A stretch of DNA of 38,768 bases from Bacteroidota bacterium. GTDB taxonomy: Bacteria > Bacteroidota > Bacteroidia > M30B66. This document shows positions 17,725 through 26,709 of this stretch, in pieces; the first letter of the stretch is position 1, and each line of letters begins with the position of its first letter. A program made the translations under genes and the position numbers. The DNA is taken from the NCBI GenBank assembly GCA_947497195.1, contig CANMGM010000002.1, positions 1-38,768 of the forward strand. Reading direction: 5' to 3'. The notes beneath the pieces are model-generated. The model had not been told where the DNA came from, made no database searches, and saw only the letters and a program-made list of their open reading frames with translations.

Positions 17725-18744
17725 ATGGACTTTGAACGTCCGTTTTACATTTTGGCCATTGAGTCGTCGTGCGACGATACTGCAGCAGCCGTTCTCGATG
17801 CCGACAAATTGCTTGCCAACGAAGTTGCCGGTCAGGATATTCACCAAATTTGGGGTGGTGTAGTTCCCGAACTGGCTTCCCGAGCCCATCATCAGCAAAT
17901 TGTTCCGGTGGTTCATGCAGCGCTTACTAAGGCAAAAATAAGCAAAGAACAGCTTCATGCCGTTGCCTTTACAAAAGGTCCCGGTTTGCCCGGTTCTTTG
18001 CTTGTTGGTGTTTCGTTTGCCAAGGCCTTTGCTGCCTCGCTGAACATCCCTTTCGTTGGCGTTAATCACATGCAGGGGCATATTTTGGCGCATCTGATTG
18101 ATTCCGGAAATGAACGGCCCGAATTTCCATTTTTGTGTTTAACGGTGTCGGGAGGGCATACGCAGATTGTGCGTGTCGATTCGCCGGTAAAAATGGAAAT
18201 ACTGGGACAAACTACCGATGATGCTGCCGGTGAAGCTTTCGATAAGACTGCGAAAATGTTAGGACTGCCATATCCTGGCGGCCCGCACATCGACCGGCTT
18301 GCAAAAACGGGAAATCCACATGCTTTTGTTTTTCCAGAGCCCAAAATAGAAGGCTGCAATTTCAGTTTCAGCGGACTGAAAACGTCTATGCTCTATTTAC
18401 TTCAGCGCGAAGAAAAAGCAAGGCCCGGATTTACCTCTGCCAATCAGCAGCATCTGGCGGCATCGCTTCAGTTTACAATCGTAAAGATTTTAATCAATAA
18501 ACTTTTGCTGGCTGCTAAATCAACAGGAATAAATCAATTGGCTTTGGCAGGTGGTGTTTCGGCAAACAGCGAATTGAGAACAGAATTTTCCAAGCTACGC
18601 GAAAGAGGCTTCAAAACGTTCATTCCGCCTTTTGAATTCTGTACCGATAATGCTGCTATGATTGGTATTGGCGGGTATTTCCTGCTTAAAAACGGAATTC
18701 AATCGGGCTTGGATACCATTGCCGAACCCGGTATGAAATTTTAG
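17725..18744 (+). CDS. tsaD: tRNA N6-adenosine threonylcarbamoyltransferase
   Basis: The ATG at 17725 gives MDFERPFYILAIESSCDDTAAAV. Also present are GVNHMQGH, LTVSGGHTQ, GLPYPGGP and the C-terminal CTDNAAMIG. The track start at 17566 is an upstream over-extension that overlaps tamB. Confidence 0.95.
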   Translation: MDFERPFYILAIESSCDDTAAAVLDADKLLANEVAGQDIHQIWGGVVPELASRAHHQQIVPVVHAALTKAKISKEQLHAVAFTKGPGLPGSLLVGVSFAKAFAASLNIPFVGVNHMQGHILAHLIDSGNERPEFPFLCLTVSGGHTQIVRVDSPVKMEILGQTTDDAAGEAFDKTAKMLGLPYPGGPHIDRLAKTGNPHAFVFPEPKIEGCNFSFSGLKTSMLYLLQREEKARPGFTSANQQHLAASLQFTIVKILINKLLLAAKSTGINQLALAGGVSANSELRTEFSKLRERGFKTFIPPFEFCTDNAAMIGIGGYFLLKNGIQSGLDTIAEPGMKF

Positions 18745-18748
18745 CGAA

Positions 18749-19291
18749 TCAAGAAGCGCTGTCTTTTCGACCGCTGTCGCTATTCATTCGTTCAAACTCG
18801 CGAATTAACTCCTCATCGGTCTTGCCTAAATTACGAATGCTGGCTTCAACATCTTTTGCCAAAACATGCTTTGGGTATTTCTTTAAGAAATCGTTGTAAT
18901 ACGTTCCGGCTTTATTATCGTCGTTGATTTGGTTATCATATACGAAACCAAGGAAAAATAGTGCTTCAGGTGCGCGCTTATCATTCGGATACATCTGCTG
19001 AAATTTTTCCAATACTTTAACAGCCGATTCTCCCCAATTCAGATTAATGCTAATTGTGGCAGTTTTATATAAAAAATCTGGCGACTTTGGGTCATCGGGG
19101 AAGCGCGTTGCGAAATCGTCATATTCAACCTGCAAATTGTAGGCACTCATTTCATCTTTGGGATTTCCGTTCGCATCGAGCAATTGCTTTTCGAGCTTTT
19201 CGATTTTTTCGAGCGATTTACTTTTACTATCGTTGCACGCAACAAATGTGGCAAGACAAAATAATACTAAAATTAAACGTAGTGCTTTCAT
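18749..19291 (-). CDS. TPR-like lipoprotein
   Basis: It has a lipoprotein signal (MKALRLILVLFCLATFVAC). Helical-repeat-like segments are visible (PEALFFLGFVYDNQINDDNKAGTYYNDFLKKYP). Confidence 0.5.
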   Translation of the reverse strand: MKALRLILVLFCLATFVACNDSKSKSLEKIEKLEKQLLDANGNPKDEMSAYNLQVEYDDFATRFPDDPKSPDFLYKTATISINLNWGESAVKVLEKFQQMYPNDKRAPEALFFLGFVYDNQINDDNKAGTYYNDFLKKYPKHVLAKDVEASIRNLGKTDEELIREFERMNSDSGRKDSAS

Positions 19292-19336
19292 TGTATACTC
19301 TTAAGAATAAGGCGCAATATAAAAAAATGATTTCCT

Positions 19337-19900
19337 TTAACGTTTAAAATTTGGAAATTTCATCCGGTAATCGACCTTCACCGATCCCTTGCTAATATTG
19401 TTTAATTTTGATGTTAGTAGGGTTTTACGCAGCGGACTAATACGATCGGTAAATAATTTCCCTTCGATATGGTCGTATTCATGCTGAATAATTCGTGCGA
19501 GATATCCCGTGCACACAAGCTCATGCTCTTCAAAATGTTCATCGCAATACCGAATTTTTATCTCGCGTTTGCGGGTGATGTCTTCCCGAATGCCGGGAAT
19601 GCTAAGACATCCTTCGTTAACAGACCAGTTTTCGCCGTTTTCTTCTTCAATGTGTGCATTGATAAATACTTTTTTCATGCCTTTCAGTTCGGGCTCTTCG
19701 TCGGCAAATGGGCTGGCATCGATAATAAACAGGCGTATCGATAACCCAATTTGCGGAGCGGCAAGGCCAACGCCACTTGCATTGTACATTGTCTCAAACA
19801 TATTGCCGATGAGTTGCTGCAATTCGGGATAATCGGTGGTAATGTCTGAAGCTTTCTGTTTTAGTACAGGCGTTCCGTAAGCTACTATGGGTAATATCAT
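19337..19900 (-). CDS. def: Peptide deformylase
   Basis: All three deformylase motifs are present: GVGLAAPQIG, EGCLSIPG and QHEYDHIEG. The ATG at 19900 (MILPIVAYG) is preferred over the TTG at 19921. Confidence 0.95.
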   Translation of the reverse strand: MILPIVAYGTPVLKQKASDITTDYPELQQLIGNMFETMYNASGVGLAAPQIGLSIRLFIIDASPFADEEPELKGMKKVFINAHIEEENGENWSVNEGCLSIPGIREDITRKREIKIRYCDEHFEEHELVCTGYLARIIQHEYDHIEGKLFTDRISPLRKTLLTSKLNNISKGSVKVDYRMKFPNFKR

Positions 19901-19917
19901 GTTGCAAAGGTAGGAAA

Positions 19918-20367
19918 TCAATTCGAGCCTTCGCGGTTTTGCCGCTCAGATTGAAATGCGCGCTGTTCGAGGTAGCCCTGCAATATAATTGTTGCGGCTA
20001 TAGCATCGGTCAACGATTTATCGGTTCGTTTTTTTCGTGAGAGGCCGGCTTCACCAATTGCTAGATTTGCCAGTTTGGATGTAAAACGCTCATCGGCTCG
20101 TTCGATGGCAATATGGGGATACGTTTTTCTGAGGTAGGAAACGAAATTGTTCAGTGCCTCAACAGGCCCGCTTAATTCACCGTCTTTGTGACGTGGTTCG
20201 CCAATAACAATGATTTCAATCGATTCAGCGCTTAGATGTTTTTTTAGAAACGGAATCAGTTCCGATCCCGAAACGGTGGTCAAGGGCGATGCAATAATCT
20301 GCAATGCATCGGTCGAAGCAATTCCGGTGCGTTTTGTTCCAAAGTCAATTGCCAGAATTCTTGCCAT
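19918..20367 (-). CDS. ruvX: Holliday junction resolvase-like / pre-16S rRNA nuclease YqgF
   Basis: The N-terminus reads MARILAIDFGTKRTGIA. It also has ...VIGEP...DERFTS and ...DAIAATIILQGYL, and is 149 aa long. Confidence 0.9.
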   Translation of the reverse strand: MARILAIDFGTKRTGIASTDALQIIASPLTTVSGSELIPFLKKHLSAESIEIIVIGEPRHKDGELSGPVEALNNFVSYLRKTYPHIAIERADERFTSKLANLAIGEAGLSRKKRTDKSLTDAIAATIILQGYLEQRAFQSERQNREGSN

Positions 20368-20455
20368 CAGTCAAAGATAGCAGATTATAAACAGAACACG
20401 GAATTTGAATATCAGATTTGAAATTAAGTACATTTACATCGTTTGAAATAAGCGC

Positions 20456-22042
20456 ATGAAAATTGGGACGCATGCAACACGTAGTATGAGGATTTTGCTT
20501 TTTGCATTCTCGCTTGCAGTATTTTTTAAAAGCTGTAAAACCACGCAATCGGATGCATTTGTAAAACTGGAAACAAATGGTTTCACACGCGAGGGAAAGA
20601 CATTTTTTCCATTGATGCTAAACTATGTGGCTGAATTCAGATATTCCAAGAACCAGTATTTCATTTCGCCGCTAAAAGCGTACGAAAATCTTGATCAGTA
20701 TGAGCATGATGACTCTTTAGGCACTGCAAATCAGTTGCGCGGGCATTTCAGACTTATTCGCGAAATGGGGTTTAACACCATTCGGGTTTGTCTCGATCGT
20801 TTAGATTCGGTAAATACTAAATTTTACTATCCGGCCGGCTACAGACCAATTTCCATCGATGATGATCCCGATATTGTTTTGAATTGCATGAGCGATTTGA
20901 TTCAAATTGCAGGTGAAGAAAAATTGCAGGTTATGATGCTAATTAAAGCACCATATGAGGTTGATGCCATCACCGAATTCACCAAGCTCATCTTGTCGCG
21001 ATTTAAAGACAATCCTACACTTTTTGCCTACGATTTTTTTAATGAACCCATTTATTTCGACAGACAACTTGATAGCCAAGGCAATGCCTATGAGCGGCCT
21101 AAAAAAGAAGCTATTGAAATTGTTGATACGTGGCGAAATCTAATGGATGAATTTGCTCCGAATCAATTGTTTACCATCGGTTTTTCTGAACCAATCGAAG
21201 TATTTGAGTGGGATCCTTCCGTGTTGGATGTTGATTTTTTATGTTTCCACACCTATCACCCACTGCGCGTGCCCAATGAGATTTACTGGTTCTCCAGATA
21301 TACCGGTAAGCCATGGATGATTGGTGAAACTTCTCTGCCTGCCGATGATAGTACGGTAAGCTATGCCGATCAAGAATTATTTTTCGGAGATGTTCTACGG
21401 AGAGTGAAGAACTGCAATGGAATTGGTTTGGGCTGGTGGGAGTTTCAGGAGATACCCGGTGCCCATTTCGAAGCGCAATACGCCGGGATATTAAACCGAG
21501 AAGGCATAACGCAAACCCGGGATGGGAAATTTTCTGTAATTGGAACGCCAAAGCCTGTGGTGAACAGCATCCGAAATGCTTCATCCATATCAAAATCAGG
21601 CGCGTGCGATTGCATGGTAAACTACCAAAACATTGTTGGATACACCAATTATCTGTTATCTGGTTCGGTGTTCGATTTTGATACGGGATTACCCATTGAA
21701 GGTGCCGTTATTCGCGGCTGGAATGAAAACTGGTCGGTAGGCTTAAACTCCTTCACGCTGAAGGATGGGAATTTTAAATTGTACAGCAACGACAAGTGTT
21801 TTCACTATGAAATTTCGGCGCCGGGATATTCCAGATTTCGCTTTGATAAAGCTGTTGAATTTTTACCTGTTGTTCAACAACCTGTTTTAGATAACATTCA
21901 GCTCGAGTACCAGCAAATAAAGTATCATTCATTCATCGATCGCCAAAAGAAACCGCTTTCTCTGTTTAATTTTCAATCAAACATCTTTAATTCGTATAAA
22001 TATATTTCTGTTTTACCTCCTATAAAATTAAAAAAACTATAA
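20456..22042 (+). CDS. Secreted clan GH-A (GH5-like) TIM-barrel glycoside hydrolase with a C-terminal carboxypeptidase-regulatory-like domain
   Basis: The order of motifs fits clan GH-A: MGFNTIRV, FAYDFFNEP (acid/base NEP), FHTYHP, then WMIGETS (nucleophile E). The C-terminal segment GSVFDFDTGLPIEGAVIRG looks like a CarboxypepD_reg domain. The start could be 20456 or the ATG at 20486 (MRILLFAFSLAVFFKSC). Confidence 0.5.
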   Translation: MKIGTHATRSMRILLFAFSLAVFFKSCKTTQSDAFVKLETNGFTREGKTFFPLMLNYVAEFRYSKNQYFISPLKAYENLDQYEHDDSLGTANQLRGHFRLIREMGFNTIRVCLDRLDSVNTKFYYPAGYRPISIDDDPDIVLNCMSDLIQIAGEEKLQVMMLIKAPYEVDAITEFTKLILSRFKDNPTLFAYDFFNEPIYFDRQLDSQGNAYERPKKEAIEIVDTWRNLMDEFAPNQLFTIGFSEPIEVFEWDPSVLDVDFLCFHTYHPLRVPNEIYWFSRYTGKPWMIGETSLPADDSTVSYADQELFFGDVLRRVKNCNGIGLGWWEFQEIPGAHFEAQYAGILNREGITQTRDGKFSVIGTPKPVVNSIRNASSISKSGACDCMVNYQNIVGYTNYLLSGSVFDFDTGLPIEGAVIRGWNENWSVGLNSFTLKDGNFKLYSNDKCFHYEISAPGYSRFRFDKAVEFLPVVQQPVLDNIQLEYQQIKYHSFIDRQKKPLSLFNFQSNIFNSYKYISVLPPIKLKKL

Positions 22043-22059
22043 GCCATTTTATTTTCATT

Positions 22060-22593
22060 ATGGATGAAAAACGCGTAATAAACAATCAGATTCTTAACGA
22101 ATTTGCTAATGCAATTTGCACAGGTGATGTGCAAGCAATTGGAAATTTACTTTCCGATAAGGGTGTTTTTGAATTTCAGAGCGAGGATTTAGAAATTGTG
22201 CGTGGCGTAAAGGAGCAATTTTTATCTTGGATTTTATTGCGTAAAGTTGAATATCCGAATAAGGAATTCGCATTTACACATTTTGCGTGTCATAATTGCA
22301 TGCAAAATAATGGTGTGCTCGTTTTCGACGATGGCCATTTTCCTTTTATTGCGTATTTGAATTATTTTTATTCACAGACCGGACTTGCCATTCAGATATT
22401 GGAATCCAAAATTGTTTCAGTTCATATATGCCTTAAGGTTTTAAATGACTCTGAGGAGCCATCGTTCTTTCAAAAATATTTCAACGAAGCAAATGAACTT
22501 GCATTAAAAAATGGAAAAGAGTATAATTCGTATTTTCCTGAAATTGCCTCGCGTGTTTATGGAAGGTATATTCCTACACGCGAAGATGTGTGA
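22060..22593 (+). CDS. Hypothetical protein (177 aa, no signal peptide)
   Basis: It is a clean ORF 17 bp after the previous gene on the same strand. I recognise no family. It contains a CHNC motif. Confidence 0.45.
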   Translation: MDEKRVINNQILNEFANAICTGDVQAIGNLLSDKGVFEFQSEDLEIVRGVKEQFLSWILLRKVEYPNKEFAFTHFACHNCMQNNGVLVFDDGHFPFIAYLNYFYSQTGLAIQILESKIVSVHICLKVLNDSEEPSFFQKYFNEANELALKNGKEYNSYFPEIASRVYGRYIPTREDV

Positions 22594-22623
22594 ACAATTT
22601 AAGAATTGGAGTGTTTAAAAAAT

Positions 22624-23163
22624 ATGCTTCGGTTAAGTGTCATTTTATTTTTATCGATTTCGTATTTTTCCTGTGCCCAGTCGGATAACAAAACCAGCTC
22701 GTCTGCAAATCTCAATACCATGTCTGTAAACGATAAAAATCCCTATTATTCACGAACCGATACGAGCAAACTCAACGTATCAGACGCCGAATGGAAGAAT
22801 ATTTTAGATCCAACGGTTTATTACATTGCACGCGAGAAGGGAACAGAATATGCTTTTAGCGGAAAGTATTGGAATTTCGAAGGTGTAGGCACTTATTATT
22901 GTGCAGCTTGCGGGAACCCACTTTTTAAGTCTGATGCAAAATTTTCCAGCTCTTGTGGTTGGCCCAGTTTTTTTGAGCCAATTCGTAAATCTGGAGTAGT
23001 GTATAAGCTCGATACTACGCACGGTATGGTTCGTTCGGAAGTTTTATGCGGCCGTTGTGATGCGCATTTGGGCCATATTTTTGACGATGGTCCGGCCCCG
23101 ACCTACAAACGGTTTTGTATTAACTCGCCCGTGATTGAATTTGAACCTGAGAATAAACAATAG
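22624..23163 (+). CDS. msrB: Peptide-methionine (R)-S-oxide reductase with an N-terminal signal/lipoprotein peptide and S/N/T-rich linker
   Basis: MsrB motifs are present: YYCAACGNPLF, CGWPSF, CGRCDAHLGHIFDDGP and RFCINS. The ATG at 22624 gives MLRLSVILFLSISYFSCAQ. The track start at 22606 is a TTG. Confidence 0.9.
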   Translation: MLRLSVILFLSISYFSCAQSDNKTSSSANLNTMSVNDKNPYYSRTDTSKLNVSDAEWKNILDPTVYYIAREKGTEYAFSGKYWNFEGVGTYYCAACGNPLFKSDAKFSSSCGWPSFFEPIRKSGVVYKLDTTHGMVRSEVLCGRCDAHLGHIFDDGPAPTYKRFCINSPVIEFEPENKQ

Positions 23164-23198
23164 TATTTGAGGTAGAATGTTTGCAAGCCGAAAGCGTA

Positions 23199-23606
23199 TT
23201 ATTCGCAAATCCAGAAAGAAACATTTTCCTGCACCAGGTCTCCACTCGAAATTTTAATAACCTTGTCAGTTTCGGGTGAGTAAAAATCTTCCAGCATCAA
23301 AACATAAATTCCTGGATTAAGCTCCGCTCGAACCTCTCCTTTGTTCGACCTTATTTTTATGCCCTCATTTTGAAGTAGTTCTGCAGTTTTTACAGGCGTT
23401 TTCTGAACAACAGAATAGGGCACAAAATATACAGAACCATCATACTTTTCATACGCTCTTCCGTATCCCTGATTGAAAATAACATCACAACTTCCCTTGC
23501 CCCACAAAACAATTCCATTGAAACCGGTTTCGGGAACTTTATTGCACGATAATACAAGGCATGCAGGTATACTAAACAGAAATGGTGCAATGATTCTTAT
23601 TCGCAT
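23199..23606 (-). CDS. Hypothetical small lipoprotein (135 aa)
   Basis: It starts MRIRIIAPFLFSIPACLVLSCNK, a signal peptide with candidate lipobox cysteines. I recognise no family. Confidence 0.45.
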   Translation of the reverse strand: MRIRIIAPFLFSIPACLVLSCNKVPETGFNGIVLWGKGSCDVIFNQGYGRAYEKYDGSVYFVPYSVVQKTPVKTAELLQNEGIKIRSNKGEVRAELNPGIYVLMLEDFYSPETDKVIKISSGDLVQENVSFWICE

Positions 23607-23743
23607 TATGCTGCCAAAGATAGCATCATTTAGAAATGATTTTGACCTGTATTTCGCAATAGCTGACTAAACTTGAATGAGGATTGCAAGCCGGTCGAAT
23701 CTATTTGCTGTTGCTCTATGGTGGCGTATTAGTTTGTATCGTG

Positions 23744-23751
23744 TATATTTG
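23744..23751 (+). promoter_or_regulatory. Candidate -7 promoter box TATATTTG upstream of the LysR-fragment gene
   Basis: It is a perfect TAnnTTTG match ending 8 nt before the ATG at 23760, which implies a very short leader. Confidence 0.35.
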
Positions 23752-23759
23752 AATTCGAT

Positions 23760-24035
23760 ATGCTAATAACCCTTCGTCAACTTCAATATGCGGTTGCTGT
23801 AGCCGATACAGGTAGTTTTTCAAAGGCGGCAGAGGTGTGTTTTGCCGATCAGAGTACAGTAAGTCAGCAGGTTAAATTGCTCGAAGATCGGCTTGGTGTG
23901 CAGATTTTTCGAAGAGAGCGCTATCCTTTGAAATTAAGTTCCGAAGGTGAGGGAATAATTTTTCAGGCACGTACCATTTTATGCCAAGTTGAAGAACTGG
24001 TTAAGCCCTTTAAAGAAGACATAAAGAAAAAATAA
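23760..24035 (+). CDS. LysR/OxyR-like winged-HTH domain only (91 aa); a truncated regulator, possibly a gene remnant
   Basis: LRQLQYAVAVADTGSFSKAAEVCFADQSTVSQQVKLLEDRLGVQIFRR is the LysR N-terminal HTH, followed by a linker helix. The ORF stops where the ~200-aa effector-binding domain should begin. Confidence 0.7.
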   Translation: MLITLRQLQYAVAVADTGSFSKAAEVCFADQSTVSQQVKLLEDRLGVQIFRRERYPLKLSSEGEGIIFQARTILCQVEELVKPFKEDIKKK

Positions 24036-24036
24036 T

Positions 24037-26709
24037 ATGAAGAAACTGATATGTAGCATGTTGTTTTCAATTGGTTGTCTTTTAATTACTGCTCAGCCGT
24101 TTAGATACAATGCCGATAACGGTCCCATTAGTCTGCCGAAGCTTCAAAAGCAATTGCGAGATTTTGCCGATTCTGCCGATTTATCGAAAGCCAAACACTG
24201 GAAATACATCAAGCGCTGGGAAGATGAATTGAGTCGCCATGCAGATGGAAAAGGAAATCCGGGCAATGCCCGTGGCATGCATAAATACCTTACGAGGAGA
24301 TCTCTTGCAGAAAAATCAGCCCAGACCTTCGATGCCAATTGGTTGCCGGTTGGGCCCGATTATATCCCTGAAAACTACACAGGTTATCTCGAAAATGGTA
24401 TTGGCCGCATCAATTGCATCGCATTCCATCCCACGCTTGAGCAGGTTTACTATGTTGGTGTTGCTCAGGGCGGTTTGTGGAAAACTACAAATGGTGGAGC
24501 ATCCTGGATTCCGCTAACCGATCAATTGCCGATTACACGTATAAGCGATATTGCAATTAACCCCAACAATCCTGAAGAAATTTATATTTCACTTTGCGAT
24601 TTTGAGTATGTCGGCATTGGACTTGCCCTCGATAACCGAAAGCGTTATCCCCATTATGGTCTTGGTGTTTATAAGTCGATGGATGGCGGCTTATCATGGA
24701 ACCCAACAGGGCTTGGTTTTGAATTGAAGGATTTTGACGCGTCCCTCATTCGTAAAATTCTAATTCATCCCGAAAACAATAATGAGGTTGTAGCATGTGG
24801 TGTTAGCGGAATGTTTCGGTCTACAGATGCCGGCACTACATGGAATCAGGTTAACGATGCGTTTCATTGGGATATGATTCAGCAACCGGGTAATCCGAAT
24901 GTGTTGTTTGCTGCAGGGGGCTGGCTATACAATGCCAATTATGGGTATGCGGCCATTTACAAATCCACCGATTTTGGTCTTTCGTGGGCTGAACTTCCAA
25001 CCGGCATTCCGGCAACCGGCGAGGTACAGCGAATTAAACTTTCGATATCGCCTTCCAATCCTAATATAATCCAGGCTATCGCTGTTGATACCCTGAGCGG
25101 TTTGTATGGATTTTACAGAAGCGAAGACAATGGGATGACATGGGATTTTTCCTATCCCGGAGTGAATGTTCTCGAATGGTCTGAAGGATTAGGCTCTGGT
25201 GGACAGGGAACTTATGATCTGGTGCTTCATATAGACAACCTAAATCCGCAGAAAGTCTACGCGGGTGGTGTTAATTTGTGGATGTCGGAAGATGGCGGAC
25301 AAACCTTTAATCCTGCCAGCCACTGGACATTAGGTTATGGGCCAACCATACATGCCGATATGCATTACCTCACGCAGAATGCTTTAACACAAGAGTATTT
25401 CATTTGCAATGATGGTGGCGTTTATAAAACTTCGGAAATCCAGAGTCAAACCTGGGAGAGTGCCCAAAATGGCAATTTCTGGCCGAGCACATGGGAAAAT
25501 ATCGGAAATGGGATGCAGATTACTTCTTTTTATCGACTCTCATCCGATAAACAATCGTACCCGGCTTTAATTGCCGGCGCGCAGGATAATGCTTCGTCTT
25601 ATTTTGATGGATTTAGTTGGTATACTGTGTTTGGTGGCGATGGTATGGATAATTATATGAGTACGTTCAATCCCGGTACAGTTTTAGGTTCGAGCCAGTT
25701 TGGTTATTTCTATTGGACAAACGATGGTGGATTGTTTAACGTGCAAGGTATTCAGGCCAATGTTAACAATGAACTTGCCGACTGGACCGCTCCAATTGAG
25801 GGTTGTATGGTTGAGCCATTTACCGTTTACGCTGGTTTTGAAAATGCAGTTCGAAGTTTTGATGAGGGGCAATCGTGGGAATTGCCGGGGTATATCGATG
25901 GTGAATTAACGCCAATAAATGCATTAACGGTAGCACCTTCGAATTGCGATATTGTGTATGCTTGTAAGCGGTTGAATTATCTGGAAAACATTCCTTCGGC
26001 AGTTTTTCGCTCCGATGATGGCGGACAAAGTTGGAATGAACAAACCGCCAACCTTCCCGATTCACTTTTCTTCTCATCTGTAGCTGTTAGTCCTTTGAAT
26101 TCAAATAACGTGGCACTCTCGATTGCTGCATTTTCTGAAGGGCAGAAGGTTTATACAAGTGCCGATGGAGGCCTTACCTGGATCAACAGTTCATTTAACT
26201 TGCCCGATGTTCCGGTTAATATGCTGAAATATCTCCCGGCTTCAAACGACTTGCTGGCAGCCACCGATGCAGGTGTATTTGTATTGCGAAACGGAGAAAG
26301 TTCGTGGAACGATGAAAGTATCGGATTACCCAATGCTATTGTTTCGGATATCGAGATAAATGAAGCAGCCAATAAAATATACGTTTCCACTTTTGGAAGA
26401 GGAATTTGGGCAACCGATTTAAACCTATTATTGTCGCAATCGGCCTCCAAAGTTTGTAAACCTAGTGTTTTGATTAAAGCGTTGAATGCAAACAGTTTCG
26501 AAATCGACTGGACCTCGAATGATTGTAATAATTTGTTTCAGAACATTGCTGTGTATGATGTTAAAGGCCGACTCGTATTGAGTGAAACACTTAATGGTTC
26601 AAATTATCACTTAAATCTAGCCGGAAAAGGCTCCGGGATTTATTTCGGTCGCTTAAGTGGCTCTGATAATACTTCATACAGTTTCAAATTGTTGAAAGCC
26701 GATAAATAG
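24037..26709 (+). CDS. Secreted Asp-box (BNR) repeat, sortilin/Vps10- or GH74-like double beta-propeller protein with a T9SS-type C-terminal domain
   Basis: It has a signal peptide (MKKLICSMLFSIGCLLITAQ). Eight to ten S-x-D-x-G-x-(T/S)-W-like boxes are present, including SMDGGLSWNP, STDAGTTWNQ, STDFGLSWAE, SEDNGMTWDF, SEDGGQTFNP, SDDGGQSWNE and SADGGLTWIN. Confidence 0.8.
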   Translation: MKKLICSMLFSIGCLLITAQPFRYNADNGPISLPKLQKQLRDFADSADLSKAKHWKYIKRWEDELSRHADGKGNPGNARGMHKYLTRRSLAEKSAQTFDANWLPVGPDYIPENYTGYLENGIGRINCIAFHPTLEQVYYVGVAQGGLWKTTNGGASWIPLTDQLPITRISDIAINPNNPEEIYISLCDFEYVGIGLALDNRKRYPHYGLGVYKSMDGGLSWNPTGLGFELKDFDASLIRKILIHPENNNEVVACGVSGMFRSTDAGTTWNQVNDAFHWDMIQQPGNPNVLFAAGGWLYNANYGYAAIYKSTDFGLSWAELPTGIPATGEVQRIKLSISPSNPNIIQAIAVDTLSGLYGFYRSEDNGMTWDFSYPGVNVLEWSEGLGSGGQGTYDLVLHIDNLNPQKVYAGGVNLWMSEDGGQTFNPASHWTLGYGPTIHADMHYLTQNALTQEYFICNDGGVYKTSEIQSQTWESAQNGNFWPSTWENIGNGMQITSFYRLSSDKQSYPALIAGAQDNASSYFDGFSWYTVFGGDGMDNYMSTFNPGTVLGSSQFGYFYWTNDGGLFNVQGIQANVNNELADWTAPIEGCMVEPFTVYAGFENAVRSFDEGQSWELPGYIDGELTPINALTVAPSNCDIVYACKRLNYLENIPSAVFRSDDGGQSWNEQTANLPDSLFFSSVAVSPLNSNNVALSIAAFSEGQKVYTSADGGLTWINSSFNLPDVPVNMLKYLPASNDLLAATDAGVFVLRNGESSWNDESIGLPNAIVSDIEINEAANKIYVSTFGRGIWATDLNLLLSQSASKVCKPSVLIKALNANSFEIDWTSNDCNNLFQNIAVYDVKGRLVLSETLNGSNYHLNLAGKGSGIYFGRLSGSDNTSYSFKLLKADK
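26494..26706 (+). other. T9SS-type C-terminal sorting domain of the Asp-box protein
   Basis: The last ~71 aa read ...NIAVYDVKGRLVLSETLNGSNYHLNLAGKGSGIYFGRLSG...FKLLKADK. This fits the type A CTD pattern, but the N-terminal PNP motif is missing. Confidence 0.55.
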
